Part shown: positions 46,776-57,552 of the stretch, piece by piece
How positions within the stretch are numbered: position 1 is the stretch's first letter
Layout: the number at the start of each line of letters is the position of its first letter
Sequence record: SRR20825006_868
DNA length: 64,000 bases
Direction: 5' to 3' (one strand)
The notes under the pieces: generated by a model
Seen by the model: the letters and a program-made list of their open reading frames with translations, nothing else
The model's database searches: none
Told to the model about the DNA's origin: nothing
Program-made: the position numbers and the translations under genes

Positions 46776-47813
46776 CTAGCGCGATCCACCGCTTGATTCA
46801 CGAATGATCAGCTGCGTGGGCGTCAACTCCGACTTGGCAGTCTCACCGGCCAGTTGAGCGAGTAGTTTTTCCACCATCAGTTCGCCGCCACGGGCTATGT
46901 TCTGGTCAATTGTCGTGAGTGACGGGGTTGCCATACCAGCTTGTGCAATATTGTCGTAACCGACCACAGCTACATCATCTGGCACAGAAATGCCGCGTGC
47001 GTTGAGCGCCAGCAAAGCGGACATTGCCAAAACATCAGAGGCGGCAAAGATGGCATCAAATTTCTTGCCCGAATCCAAAAATTGAAGAACTTCCTCGAAC
47101 GCATTTTTCGCGCCGAATTCAATGTCCAGAGTCAACGTATCGTCCCAGCGTACGCCACGTTCGTCATGTGCCTTGAGAAATCCATTGTATCGCAGCTGGA
47201 CCTCAGGAAGGCGACCCGGCCCCAGGAACAATATACGTTTTCGAGCAATCGAAAGAAGATGGTCACCCGCAAGTCGACCGCCTTCGACATTGTCACTTCC
47301 GACAAGTGTGTAGTTTAGGTGACCAGCGTTGCCACCCCAGACGACGACTTTGCGACCCAGGGGTCCGAGTTCTTCAAGCCGTTGCGACATGCCTGCCTGA
47401 CCGATCACGATCAGGCCGTCGGCTTTGCCCGTCTGCAGAAGGCGGCGTTCCGCGATCGTTTCGTCTTCACGTGGAATACTCACGATCAGGTCATAGCCAT
47501 TTCTTGAGGCGGCCTGACTGACCGCTCCAACCATTTCCAGATAGAAGGGGTCTGAGATAGTCTGGCCAGATTCCGGTCGTAGCGGGATGACTATTCCGAT
47601 TGCCTCGGACGATTGGCGCCTAAGATTTCGCGCGGAGGCATTGACTGCATAGCCGGTCTCGGCCGCGATATCGAGGATCAGACGCTTGGTCTTTTCCTTC
47701 ACCAACGGACTATCGTTCAGAGCGCGCGAAACCGTCGAGACATCAACCTCGGCCAACTTGGCAAGCTCTGCCATAGTCATCTTTCGGTGCGACTTGCTTG
47801 CGTGCTCGCTCAT
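46776..47813 (-). CDS. LacI family transcriptional regulator
   Basis: MTMAELAKLAEVDVSTVSRALN, ARNL, VVGYDN, PSLTTIDQ. Confidence 0.95.
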   Translation of the reverse strand: MSEHASKSHRKMTMAELAKLAEVDVSTVSRALNDSPLVKEKTKRLILDIAAETGYAVNASARNLRRQSSEAIGIVIPLRPESGQTISDPFYLEMVGAVSQAASRNGYDLIVSIPREDETIAERRLLQTGKADGLIVIGQAGMSQRLEELGPLGRKVVVWGGNAGHLNYTLVGSDNVEGGRLAGDHLLSIARKRILFLGPGRLPEVQLRYNGFLKAHDERGVRWDDTLTLDIEFGAKNAFEEVLQFLDSGKKFDAIFAASDVLAMSALLALNARGISVPDDVAVVGYDNIAQAGMATPSLTTIDQNIARGGELMVEKLLAQLAGETAKSELTPTQLIIRESSGGSR

Positions 47814-48023
47814 GTCGCCTGAATTCCTCTCGTCATGACGTCTTGTTGTCTGCGGCCTGAATTGCCGATTAAACGGGCATATAAGGACCGATGTGTCCCG
47901 CACACAGGGCGAATTATCCATTATAAATCAAGCTGAGTCACAAAGGGAATAGCGAGACCTCGAAATTGTGTGATCTTGCAGATGTAACTGTGGGCGTGGC
48001 TAGCACTTCGTCCTGAAAAGATG

Positions 48024-48052
48024 GGAGCCTGCCAGTGTGAATGGCAGGCTCC
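48024..48052 (-). terminator. Terminator hairpin after the sugar TonB receptor
   Basis: GGAGCCTGCCA...TGGCAGGCTCC, 11-bp stem. Confidence 0.65.
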
Positions 48053-48091
48053 GAAAAGGACTGGCTTTCTCAGCTACAATGCAGGAGGCAA

Positions 48092-50566
48092 TCAGAAGCG
48101 GTATCTGAGAGTTGCGGTCGCGGAGGTGCCGTTGATCGAGCGGGCAACGATGACATCTGCAGCACCATCGCCATCGGTGTCGAACACACGGCCGTTCTCG
48201 GCTTCTGTGAACAGGACTTCGTCGAACACGTTGTTCACGCCAACTGACAAGGTAGCCTGTTCGGTGATGTCCCAATCAGCGAAGAAATTTGTAATCGTTG
48301 CGCCGGGCATCACATAGACGTTGTCATCATCGACATATGTGTCCGTGGTGCCGGTAAAGTTCACTCCGATGCGCCCCAGGCCGTCGATCGTGTAAGTTGG
48401 TGTAAGGGACCAGATCCAATCTGCCTGACGGCGCGGCGTGTTTCCGATATTGGCAGGCGCGGTATCGCTATCGTCTATTTCGGCATCAGTGAAGGTCACC
48501 GATCCTGACAGGTCCAGGCCGCCATAACCATATTTGAATTCAGTTTCGATACCCTGCGAGACATAGGTATTGCCCAGCGCCGTCATGGTCGTGATTTCGT
48601 AATTATCCTCTTTTGTCTCTGCATTGAAATAGGTGACATAGAGGTCAAGCTGTCCCGGAATGGCGTCACTGGATTCTTGCCATTTCACACCTGCTTCGAA
48701 TTGTTCCGTCTCATCGACATATGTCTCTTCACCACCAGGGACGAGTCCGCCACCTGCATTTAGCGAATTGAACAATTGCCGCTCGCCATTGAAGGCCGCA
48801 CCGTCGCTGTAGCGTCCGAATACGGAGAGTGTATCCGAAACCAGATAGTTCGCGCCGAGAGTGAAGGAGGTGTGGTCTACCTCGAAGTTGGCGATGCCAC
48901 CTTGGCCAGTATTGAGCGATACCATCATTTCCGGGGCGTCAATAATGTCGTCGCCATCTACATCAAATGCGCCGCCAGCGCCTTCGGTGCGTGTCCCGGT
49001 TTGCTCTATCGTGTCGAAGCGTACTGAACCGTCAATCGTCAGACCGTTATCAAGTGCCCAACTTCCTGCCACAAAAGGTGCGCGGGCCTGATATTCGAGG
49101 TCATAATTGCGGTTGGTGCCCGTCCAACCGAAAGCTTGGTTGTAGCCAAGAATTCCATTGTCGGTGAAGCCATTCACGTCGATCAAAGCCGCATTGGTGT
49201 CAGTTGATGTCAGGAACCGATTCCAGTGCCAATCCTGAACGAATTTCTGATTCATGAAGAAGTACCCGGCCGTCAGGTCCAATGAAGAGCTTTCAAAGGC
49301 CAGCGATTTGGAGGCGCGCAACTCGCTCGCAAAATTGCTCATATCGTCGAGGTCGGTGTTGAAGTAGGCAACTTCCGAAACGTAGGGGTTGCCCGTTGCG
49401 GCCGCCAGCGATGCGGAGGTCACCGGATTGCCCGCGCCGGGACCGTTGAAGAAGCGCCCTGACGCGCCGCCATAAGTGGATGCCAGAACAGTATCGGCAT
49501 CGCCCACTAAGTGCGTGAAAGGAGCGTTGAAATAGCCTGAGATGTCTTGGTAACGGGCCTTGGCGTCCAGATTTATTCCTGCACCAATATCGAAGTTTGC
49601 CTCAACACCTAGAGACTTGATTTGTGTGCGGATGCCATCTGCAAGGTCGTAATTGTTGACGGTATTGTTGCCATCAACATCGCGTCCATTCCGAATGTAG
49701 GGGCTGTGCAGGCTGTCATTCGTCGCTGAGAAGCCAGCGATGCTGTCGGTGACTTCATCACCAGACAGACCAGCAGCTTGTGGCATGTATGTCGCGTCGG
49801 CTTTGTCCAGCCACTTCGAGTTCACGCGTATGAAGCCGTTCTCGAATTCCTTGGTGAGGCTGGCGCGAATTTGACCGCCACTGACCGCATCAAAGCCAAG
49901 ATCACGATAGTCTCCACCTTGTTGCCAATGGCCTCCAACATGGAAGTAGACAGTGTCAGTCAGCGCGCCCCCATACTCGAATTCTGACCGGTAATCATCA
50001 TGATCAAGTCCGGTGCTGAGTGCGATCGAGCCACCTTCTGTGCTTCCAGTTTTGGAAATGAAGTTGATGATGCCGCCAGGGCCGTTTGTGGTCAGCGTGG
50101 AGGCCGTACCGCCCCGAACTGACTCAACGCGGTCAAGTGTACCGTCCACTTTGTAGAAGCCATCGGCAGGCGCGAAGTCGAAATCTCCGAACAACAGTAT
50201 CGGCAGCCCGTCTTCCTGAAGGCTCACATACTTTGCCCCACCTGTGGATAGCGGCATTCCTCGGACCGCTATATTGGAGTTACCGCCGCCGGCGGAACTT
50301 TCGGCACGAATGCCGGGCAGGGCGCGAAAGATTTCTGCGGTGCTGCGCGGGGCAGTCTTCATCAGCTCGTCTTGATTTAGACTGCTGACAGATATGGAAC
50401 TGTCGAGTCGGTTTTGACCGCCTGCCTTTACGATGCCGGTCACGATGATGGTTTGTTGTCGAGCCTCTGCCTCAGTTGCACTCAAAGTTTCTTGCGTGAA
50501 CGCGGTGCCATTCGCCAGGGCAAATGCGCCAGCACTAAGCAAAAGTGTATTGCGAACAATCGACAT
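48092..50566 (-). CDS. TonB-dependent receptor (sugar, SuxA-like context)
   Basis: TIIVTG, LPGIRAE, VRGMP, QEDGLP, VESVRGG, NNVFDE, terminal LRYRF. Confidence 0.93.
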   Translation of the reverse strand: MSIVRNTLLLSAGAFALANGTAFTQETLSATEAEARQQTIIVTGIVKAGGQNRLDSSISVSSLNQDELMKTAPRSTAEIFRALPGIRAESSAGGGNSNIAVRGMPLSTGGAKYVSLQEDGLPILLFGDFDFAPADGFYKVDGTLDRVESVRGGTASTLTTNGPGGIINFISKTGSTEGGSIALSTGLDHDDYRSEFEYGGALTDTVYFHVGGHWQQGGDYRDLGFDAVSGGQIRASLTKEFENGFIRVNSKWLDKADATYMPQAAGLSGDEVTDSIAGFSATNDSLHSPYIRNGRDVDGNNTVNNYDLADGIRTQIKSLGVEANFDIGAGINLDAKARYQDISGYFNAPFTHLVGDADTVLASTYGGASGRFFNGPGAGNPVTSASLAAATGNPYVSEVAYFNTDLDDMSNFASELRASKSLAFESSSLDLTAGYFFMNQKFVQDWHWNRFLTSTDTNAALIDVNGFTDNGILGYNQAFGWTGTNRNYDLEYQARAPFVAGSWALDNGLTIDGSVRFDTIEQTGTRTEGAGGAFDVDGDDIIDAPEMMVSLNTGQGGIANFEVDHTSFTLGANYLVSDTLSVFGRYSDGAAFNGERQLFNSLNAGGGLVPGGEETYVDETEQFEAGVKWQESSDAIPGQLDLYVTYFNAETKEDNYEITTMTALGNTYVSQGIETEFKYGYGGLDLSGSVTFTDAEIDDSDTAPANIGNTPRRQADWIWSLTPTYTIDGLGRIGVNFTGTTDTYVDDDNVYVMPGATITNFFADWDITEQATLSVGVNNVFDEVLFTEAENGRVFDTDGDGAADVIVARSINGTSATATLRYRF

Positions 50567-50653
50567 GACTTTTTTCCTCCCTATCACTGCTGGTGTGTGC
50601 ACCAGTCGATTTCTAGACCGGCACGTCCCGGTTGGCTCTTCATAATATCAAAA

Positions 50654-50690
50654 TGCAATCGATTGCAATATATAAATACAATCGATTGCA
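50654..50690. promoter_or_regulatory. Two LacI-family operators
   Basis: TGCAATCGATTGCA (50654-50667) and TACAATCGATTGCA (50677-50690). Confidence 0.85.
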
Positions 50691-50814
50691 ATGGGTTCAC
50701 CAAGGGAAGAGTGCGAATGAGACGATAGTTGAAGAGAAACGGCGCACTTCTTGCTCTTTTCAGTTTACAGCAGAATTTCGCATCGGTGCAATTGCCCATC
50801 CTTGGAAGTTATTC

Positions 50815-51894
50815 ATGACAACACGCAAACTCCTGGAGTCCAAACCAAAGATCATGGCACGACTTCCATGGTCCGCGAAACATCGCGAACGCCTTCAAGA
50901 GATCTTTGCGCCTGCTGAACTGGTTTTCGTCGAGCGAGAGGATCAAGTCGCCATCGACACAGCTCTCCAGACTTGCGAAGTCGCCCTGATTGATGGCGTG
51001 ATGGATGATCGCTATCTTGCTGCGCCCAAGCTGAAATGGGTGCATTGCGACCAGTCTGGCCTCGATGGTTATGCACCACAGAGGCTGAGTGACAGCGATC
51101 TTGTTGTGACTTCTTCGAAGGGCCGGTCTGGTCCGGTGCTCGCCGAACACGCTGTCTTCTTCATGCTCTCGCTGGTGTACAGGGCATCGACCCTTGCGCG
51201 CGCCCAGCGGCGCCGCGTCTGGGGCATCCGGGATCAGGATACCTTACGCGGGCTAAATGGCCGGAACATATCCATCATAGGCTATGGGGCGACAGGAGAG
51301 TGCCTTGCCCGTCAGTGCCAGAGCTTTGAAATGAATATCAGGGCATATCGGCGGAAAGATATTCCGGCCAAAGTCCCCGGTGTGCAAATGTATAGCGCTA
51401 CGCGCGGGGATAGCTTGTTGGATGCTGTGCGGGATTCGGATTTCGTGGTGATGTGTGCGTCGCTCAATGACCACAGTTATCGAATGCTGGGGGCGCGTGA
51501 AATTGCTGCGATGACGCCGGGAAGCTATTTGATCAATGTTGCGCGTGCACAGCTTGTCGATGAGGGGGCAATGATCTCGGCATTGGAGTCCGGACACCTG
51601 GCAGGCGCGGGACTGGACGTAACAGACCCCTATGAGCCGCTTCCTCCGTGGCATCGGCTTTGGTCAGCGCCAAACATAATGATCACGCCGCATTTCACAC
51701 CGCAAATGCCTGACCGAACTTCCCGCACGCTGGATATGGTCGAGGAAAACTACGCCCGGTACTTGAAGGGAGAAGACCTGCTTCACAGCTTCTCGAAAGA
51801 AGACGTGTTCTCGCTAACCCCTGAGTTAAAGCGGTTTCGCGGTCGCCACCGTCTGTTGTCAGCCTGGAACAGAATCGGGCGTTGGATTGGCTAA
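50815..51894 (+). CDS. D-2-hydroxyacid dehydrogenase family protein
   Basis: LKWVH, LAEHA, IIGYGATG, LINVAR, GAGLDV..EPLP, ITPH; start uncertain. Confidence 0.88.
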   Translation: MTTRKLLESKPKIMARLPWSAKHRERLQEIFAPAELVFVEREDQVAIDTALQTCEVALIDGVMDDRYLAAPKLKWVHCDQSGLDGYAPQRLSDSDLVVTSSKGRSGPVLAEHAVFFMLSLVYRASTLARAQRRRVWGIRDQDTLRGLNGRNISIIGYGATGECLARQCQSFEMNIRAYRRKDIPAKVPGVQMYSATRGDSLLDAVRDSDFVVMCASLNDHSYRMLGAREIAAMTPGSYLINVARAQLVDEGAMISALESGHLAGAGLDVTDPYEPLPPWHRLWSAPNIMITPHFTPQMPDRTSRTLDMVEENYARYLKGEDLLHSFSKEDVFSLTPELKRFRGRHRLLSAWNRIGRWIG

Positions 51895-52905
51895 TTGGGG
51901 TAGAGGCACAGATGGTGACTGATCCGGTTTGATAAGGCGCCGAGACGCCCAGGCAGAAACAGCCTCACAGACCAAAGCGGTTGCCGTTACGGTTATTCGC
52001 CATCCGGCCAGTCTTTGAAGTTTTTTGAACGGGAAAGCGTGACGCTTGTGATCGCGCAAAAAATTCTCTTGCCGCTCGAAGTCATGCGACAGCCCCCATT
52101 TATCGTAGAAATATCTCTCGGCGCGCATAACGCGCGCACGACTCCAGCGAACGCAAAAATAGGGTCGATCTCGCCAAGTCAGCTTTTTGCCGACTGCGTA
52201 GGCCACGACCGACTCCGGTTCGTAAAAGATCTTCCAGCCTTTTTTGCGCGCCATCAGCGCCATGTCTATTTCATCGGTGAACCCAACAAGGTTCGGATCA
52301 AAAGGCCCTATTTCCCGGATCATTTCCGTGCGGGCCAGGACAACATGAAATTCGGTGCAACCTGTTTCCTGCCGAACGAGGTCGTTCTTGGTGGACAGAT
52401 AAGGTTGGTGTTCGAAACCATGACGACGGTGGATGGTTTTGCCATTCTCACCCTCGTCAATATCGAGAATGCCGCCCGCATGATGAATGCTGAGGTCCGG
52501 CATTCTGGCCGCTGGTCCAACCAGAATAGTGGGGGTTACCAGTCCTGCGCCGGTTTCATCTGCACATTGGATCAGAGCGTCCAGCCACCCAGGCTGAAAA
52601 ACAACATCATTGTCGATGAATGCTATGTACTCGGTGTTAATTAATGGCAGCGCGGTGTTGCGAGCGTCATTGGGCGTCAGGAACCCGTCCCGCCGGATGT
52701 AAGTGTGTCCCCGCGTTTCCACTTCAGTCTTCAGAACATGTGCGATGTCTCGCGGCGAACCACCGTCAATATAGACCATTTGGAATGGCGTATCGGTCAT
52801 GTCAAAGCAGGAACTCAATGACATCTCAGCCTGTTCGAAACGCTCTCTCGGTGAAACGACAATCGTTACACGGGCAATTTGTGGGGGCGTGATTTCGTTG
52901 TTCAT
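51859..52905 (-). CDS. Glycosyltransferase family 2
   Basis: YIDGGS, ARN, FIDNDV, GPFDP..DEID. Confidence 0.82.
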   Translation of the reverse strand: MNNEITPPQIARVTIVVSPRERFEQAEMSLSSCFDMTDTPFQMVYIDGGSPRDIAHVLKTEVETRGHTYIRRDGFLTPNDARNTALPLINTEYIAFIDNDVVFQPGWLDALIQCADETGAGLVTPTILVGPAARMPDLSIHHAGGILDIDEGENGKTIHRRHGFEHQPYLSTKNDLVRQETGCTEFHVVLARTEMIREIGPFDPNLVGFTDEIDMALMARKKGWKIFYEPESVVAYAVGKKLTWRDRPYFCVRWSRARVMRAERYFYDKWGLSHDFERQENFLRDHKRHAFPFKKLQRLAGWRITVTATALVCEAVSAWASRRLIKPDQSPSVPLPQLANPTPDSVPG

Positions 52906-53098
52906 TTGTACGAATTTGCTTTCTTTTCGAGAAAAACGAAGTTCAAATACGTTGAGTCATGGGGAAGTGACTGGAAAAACAATAGCATCCCATGCGATTT
53001 TCATACCGAAATCTGGAAGAACATCAATTTCTTTGGCTCGAATATTGCGCTGTCCCTATTATCTTCCTCTTGCATGCCATTGAGTTCCAAGCATCCAC

Positions 53099-54286
53099 AT
53101 GACGTCTGTTGCCCCGCCATCCGTAACCGTAATCCTTCCGACCTTTAATCGGGCTCATCTGATTGCGGAAAGTATCGATAGTTTGTTGGCGCAGACTTGG
53201 CCCATTGAAGAAATCATTGTCGTTGACGACGGTTCTACCGACCACACGGATCGTGTGGTGGCAGCGTATGAGCGGCAAGTCAGGTATTTGAAGAAGGCGA
53301 ATGGCGGGAAACTTTCAGCTCTGAACGTCGGACTCACCTGCGCAAGCGGCGACCTCATCTGGATCATGGATGATGACGATATCGCACCAGCGGATGCGCT
53401 AGAGAACCTGATCACACCATTTCTGGAGTGTTCGGACACAAACATCTCGTATGGTGCGTTGCAGAAATTCTCCGTGGACGCGAGCACCGGTCGGACCGAG
53501 TATGTAAAGACGTTCCCCTATCCGCCAGAAGATGGACGATCATTCTTTCTACATGTGCTCGAGGATTGTTTCATCACCGGCCAACCATGCTTGCTCGTAA
53601 GGAAATCTTGCTACGACGCTATCGGTCCGTTGCCTGAGCATATAACGGTGTCGGAGGATTATGCGGTGCTGATAGAACTCGCGCGCCGTTATGAAGCCCG
53701 TCGTGTCGACGCGGTGACTCTGTTCCAGCGGCAACATGAGGGCCCACGCGGCCCGAGCGATATCCGCTATGCCGCCGATACACGATATGCCCGTTGGTGT
53801 GCCGCGGACACTGGCTTAATGGAGCGAATATTGCCCACACTTTCGCTAGATGAACTGAGTGGTGGCCAGGGTGATCCATTCAGTGCCCGCCGGGCGCTGT
53901 TTCAGAAGGCGGTAATCGCGGCGCGCAAGAAGCTGTGGCCCAGTGCGATAGAGGCACTCCACGGAGCCGTGAAGGCCGACCGAATTACTCCGCTCAATCC
54001 ATTGGAAGGCCATATCCTGAGCGGCATGCTTGGATGCCGTTATGGTCTTGATGAACTGGTAGAGCATCCGGAATGGATGGACCGGGTCAGGGATGTCTTG
54101 GCTCCATTGGAAGACCGAAATGAAGCCTTGTCACGGATTGCGGGGTTGCTCACCTATCGAATTCGCATCCAACTTTCGGAACGTGATTTCAAGCGCGCCC
54201 GAGCGTATTGGGGGCTTTTTTGGCGCCTGACAGGTGTGCGATTGGGGGTCCGAACCGGAGTCTCTCGACTAGCCAGCGCAATCTGA
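53099..54286 (+). CDS. Glycosyltransferase family 2
   Basis: VILPTFNR, VVDDGSTD, NGGKLSALNVG, MDDDD, SEDY. Confidence 0.9.
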   Translation: MTSVAPPSVTVILPTFNRAHLIAESIDSLLAQTWPIEEIIVVDDGSTDHTDRVVAAYERQVRYLKKANGGKLSALNVGLTCASGDLIWIMDDDDIAPADALENLITPFLECSDTNISYGALQKFSVDASTGRTEYVKTFPYPPEDGRSFFLHVLEDCFITGQPCLLVRKSCYDAIGPLPEHITVSEDYAVLIELARRYEARRVDAVTLFQRQHEGPRGPSDIRYAADTRYARWCAADTGLMERILPTLSLDELSGGQGDPFSARRALFQKAVIAARKKLWPSAIEALHGAVKADRITPLNPLEGHILSGMLGCRYGLDELVEHPEWMDRVRDVLAPLEDRNEALSRIAGLLTYRIRIQLSERDFKRARAYWGLFWRLTGVRLGVRTGVSRLASAI

Positions 54287-54431
54287 AAAACGGCAGATCC
54301 TCGTACCGGTTATTTATGCGTGGAAACAACGCTGATCCGGCTTGTCTGTCCTAACGACACCCCGTCTAATTGCCTTGGAAGCATCTGCGGCTCGCCAATC
54401 GCAGCAAGACTAAATTTGGAGGATGCGCAAC

Positions 54432-55598
54432 ATGCCAGGCACCAACCTTCTGTCGGACATCAAGATTGCGGACATGACCACAGTCATTTTCGGTCCTTAT
54501 TGCACGCAGACCTTGGCCGACATGGGCGCGGATGTCGTAAAGGTAGAGCCAAAGGGAGGGGATGATTTTCGCAATGTTGGCAAGCCTGCGAACAATCGTA
54601 GCATGGGACCATGCCATTTGACGATTAATCGAGGTAAGCGCTCCGTCGTCTGGGACTTGAAATCTGAACCCGGTAAGGCGGCCATAAGGAAGCTGATCCA
54701 GCAGAGCGATGTCTTCATCCACAATATTCGCCCAGATGCGGTTACGCGCCTCGGCCTGACGTTCGAAGAGGTCCGTGCAATCAAGCCCGACATTGTCTAT
54801 GTCCATTGCCTGGGCTTCGGATCGGATGGTCCCTATGCAGGTCGCCCTGCCTATGATGACCTGATTCAGGGCCTGTCCGGCGCAACCATGCTCTTGCCAA
54901 AGGTCGACGGAAACGAGCGACCGCGCTTTATTCCCACCGCCTTCGCCGACAAGGTTTCCGGAATGCATGCAATGTATGCAACGCTTGCGGCACTTCACCA
55001 TCGCGACCGCACGGGCGAGGCAGTTCATGTCGAAGTTCCCATGTTCGAATGCGTGACGCACTTCCTCTTGGAGGAGCATTTCTACGAGGCTGAGTTCGAT
55101 CCACCGGTCGGACCATTCCTGTATCAGCGTCAGGTCGACCCTTCACGCCAGCCGCTCAAGACGTCGAATGGCTGGATCGTGATTGCACCTTATGTTGACG
55201 CGCGCTGGATCAAACTGTTCGACGTCATGGGTGCCCCGGAAGAATTGCAGGACGAACGCATCGCCGATCGCAAGGGGCGGTTTTTCAATCAGGACTACAT
55301 GATGTCGCGCGTGCAGGAATATTTCGGCAAGCAGACGACGGAGTATTGGATTGACGCGTTGGGAAAAGCAGATATTCCGGCGGCCCGTGTGAACGATTTC
55401 CCGGATCTGCAATCAGACCCGCATCTTGTGGCGACAGGCTTCTTTCAACGACGCGAGCACCCGACGGAAGGTCATTATTGGGAAACGCAGCCACCCGTCA
55501 CTTTTCGAGGCACGCAGCAGCGAGAAATCGCTCCGGCGCCAAGAATTGGCGAACATACGGAACTCGTATTGTCCGAGTTGGGATTGGGGATCGACTAG
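54432..55598 (+). CDS. CaiB/BaiF class III CoA-transferase
   Basis: DMTTVIFGP, LADMGADVVKVE, NRGKRS, PAYDDLIQ, APRIGEHT. Confidence 0.9.
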   Translation: MPGTNLLSDIKIADMTTVIFGPYCTQTLADMGADVVKVEPKGGDDFRNVGKPANNRSMGPCHLTINRGKRSVVWDLKSEPGKAAIRKLIQQSDVFIHNIRPDAVTRLGLTFEEVRAIKPDIVYVHCLGFGSDGPYAGRPAYDDLIQGLSGATMLLPKVDGNERPRFIPTAFADKVSGMHAMYATLAALHHRDRTGEAVHVEVPMFECVTHFLLEEHFYEAEFDPPVGPFLYQRQVDPSRQPLKTSNGWIVIAPYVDARWIKLFDVMGAPEELQDERIADRKGRFFNQDYMMSRVQEYFGKQTTEYWIDALGKADIPAARVNDFPDLQSDPHLVATGFFQRREHPTEGHYWETQPPVTFRGTQQREIAPAPRIGEHTELVLSELGLGID

Positions 55599-56335
55599 GT
55601 CCCGCCATCTACCGAAATCACGGATCCGGTGGAGAAACTGGCCGCGTCGCTCAATAGATAAAGGGCAGCCGATACGATTTCTTCGGGGCGTCCGGGGCGA
55701 CGGAGGGCGTTATCCGCTGTTTGGCGGGCTTCGTCGGTCCATGCGTCCGCAATATCGGTCAGGAAAGGGCCTGCGCAGATACAGTTTACACGAACGTGCG
55801 GCGCATACTCCTTGGCCATGCCAATCGTCATCGCGTTGAGACCAGCCTTGGCCGCGCTGTAAGGAACGACTTGGGCCAGTGGCTGGAGGGAGGCAATCGA
55901 AGAGATGTTGAGAATGCTGCCAGAGCCCTGCGCTTTCATCTTTTGGCCGATGATGCTCGCCAGACGATAGGGTCCTTTCAGGTTCAAGTTCAGCACACTG
56001 TCATACAGACTTTCGGGCACCTCATGGCTCGGCATACGCGGCCCCATGCCGGCATTGTTTATCAAAATGTCGACGTGCCCGAATTCGGCGTATGCCGCTT
56101 TGATCAGCTTATCGATCTCGTCCCATTTCCCGCAATGCGCACCTACGGCGAGAGCACGCTGTCCCATTGCCCGAACCTCTTCAGCCACCGCTTCACAGGT
56201 ATCCACTTTGCGGCTGGCTATGATGATATCTGCGCCGCGTGCAGCAAGCGCTTTTGCCATCTGGTATCCCAGTCCGCGACTGCCGCCGGTAATCAGGGCC
56301 ACCTTGCCTTCGAAATTCAGTAGTGGATCGTTCAT
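55595..56335 (-). CDS. SDR family oxidoreductase
   Basis: ITGGSRGLG, NNAG, YSAAK, VDGG. Confidence 0.93.
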   Translation of the reverse strand: MNDPLLNFEGKVALITGGSRGLGYQMAKALAARGADIIIASRKVDTCEAVAEEVRAMGQRALAVGAHCGKWDEIDKLIKAAYAEFGHVDILINNAGMGPRMPSHEVPESLYDSVLNLNLKGPYRLASIIGQKMKAQGSGSILNISSIASLQPLAQVVPYSAAKAGLNAMTIGMAKEYAPHVRVNCICAGPFLTDIADAWTDEARQTADNALRRPGRPEEIVSAALYLLSDAASFSTGSVISVDGGT

Positions 56336-56410
56336 GGCTATCCCTCCAGTATTTTTGGAGAGCTTAGTGCGGTTGCGCCTGCGCGCCAGCACTGTCCTCG
56401 GGGCAGGCGA

Positions 56411-57277
56411 TCAGAGAAACGCCTTCAAGTCGCCCATGAATTGTTCGAACTTGTCATGGTGCAACCAATGACCGGCATCCTTGTAGAGTTTGACGGTCGC
56501 CGTGTTGAACTTCTCGATCCGGCCATCCTCTGCGGGGTTCGAAGCCCAGCTTTTTTCTCCATAGAGCAGCAAGGTCGGACAAGTGATCTCTCCCCACAAC
56601 TGCTCCACATCTTCCTGCGCCATGTCGTAGGGCGGGAACGTGCGAAAATAGTTGTCGAATTTCCACGACCATGTGCCATCTTCATTCTGGCTGATCCCGT
56701 GCAGGGTCAGGTGTCGCGCCTGCTCGTCATTGAGATAGCTGTTTTCATCCTTCATGCGCGTGTATGCTTCTTCGAGGCTGCCATACTTTTTCGGCGTCCG
56801 CCCGGCCATGCCGCGCTTGGAATCGATCCACTCGCGCATGCGCTCGCCGATCGGGCGTCCAAACCGCTCTTTCAGCATTTTGGGGGAGGGGCCCAGACCC
56901 TCAATGGCCACCAATTTGCGTACATTGTCTGGATAGATCCCGGAATACCGCAACGCGATGTTGCCGCCGTAGGAGTGGGCAACAATCGTAACCGGTGCGA
57001 GTTTTTTCTGATGGATGAGTTGAGCAAAATCGTACAGGCAGGCCCTCGCAGAATACTCGCCATCGGCCGACCAAGCGCTATCACCATGCCCTCGCAAATC
57101 GGGGGCGATGACATGCCAATCCTTGCGAAGTTCCTGGGCAACCCAGTCCCAGCTACGGCAGTGGTCTCGTCCGCCATGCAAGAGAATCAAAGGCGGAGCG
57201 GTTTCATTGCCCCAATCCACATAGTGAAGACGAAGGCGTTGCGAAATATAGGTTTGGGAGGTTGGTCCATGTATCAT
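56411..57277 (-). CDS. Alpha/beta hydrolase
   Basis: LLHG, DLRGHGDS, AHSYGG nucleophile elbow, GHWLH. Confidence 0.92.
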   Translation of the reverse strand: MIHGPTSQTYISQRLRLHYVDWGNETAPPLILLHGGRDHCRSWDWVAQELRKDWHVIAPDLRGHGDSAWSADGEYSARACLYDFAQLIHQKKLAPVTIVAHSYGGNIALRYSGIYPDNVRKLVAIEGLGPSPKMLKERFGRPIGERMREWIDSKRGMAGRTPKKYGSLEEAYTRMKDENSYLNDEQARHLTLHGISQNEDGTWSWKFDNYFRTFPPYDMAQEDVEQLWGEITCPTLLLYGEKSWASNPAEDGRIEKFNTATVKLYKDAGHWLHHDKFEQFMGDLKAFL

Positions 57278-57552
57278 CTGGCTATAGTTTCGGGCCTCGC
57301 CAAGCTTGTCCAGTCTCTCCGTAGCGGCATGCGCCTCTGGCGACGGCTAAACGAGTGAAACAGCTTTTTCGCCAAGCAAGGACAGATGTGGTGACAGCAA
57401 TGCATGGGTGATACACAGGCAAAGCTCGAGAATATTTTTCGCCTAAAGGGAGAATGGTAAGAGCATATTAAAGCTTCCACCATATATTTTTTTGGCGTGA
57501 TTATGGTCAGAATGGATGATCGGAATCTGGGGAGCGCACTGGGAGGGGCAGC

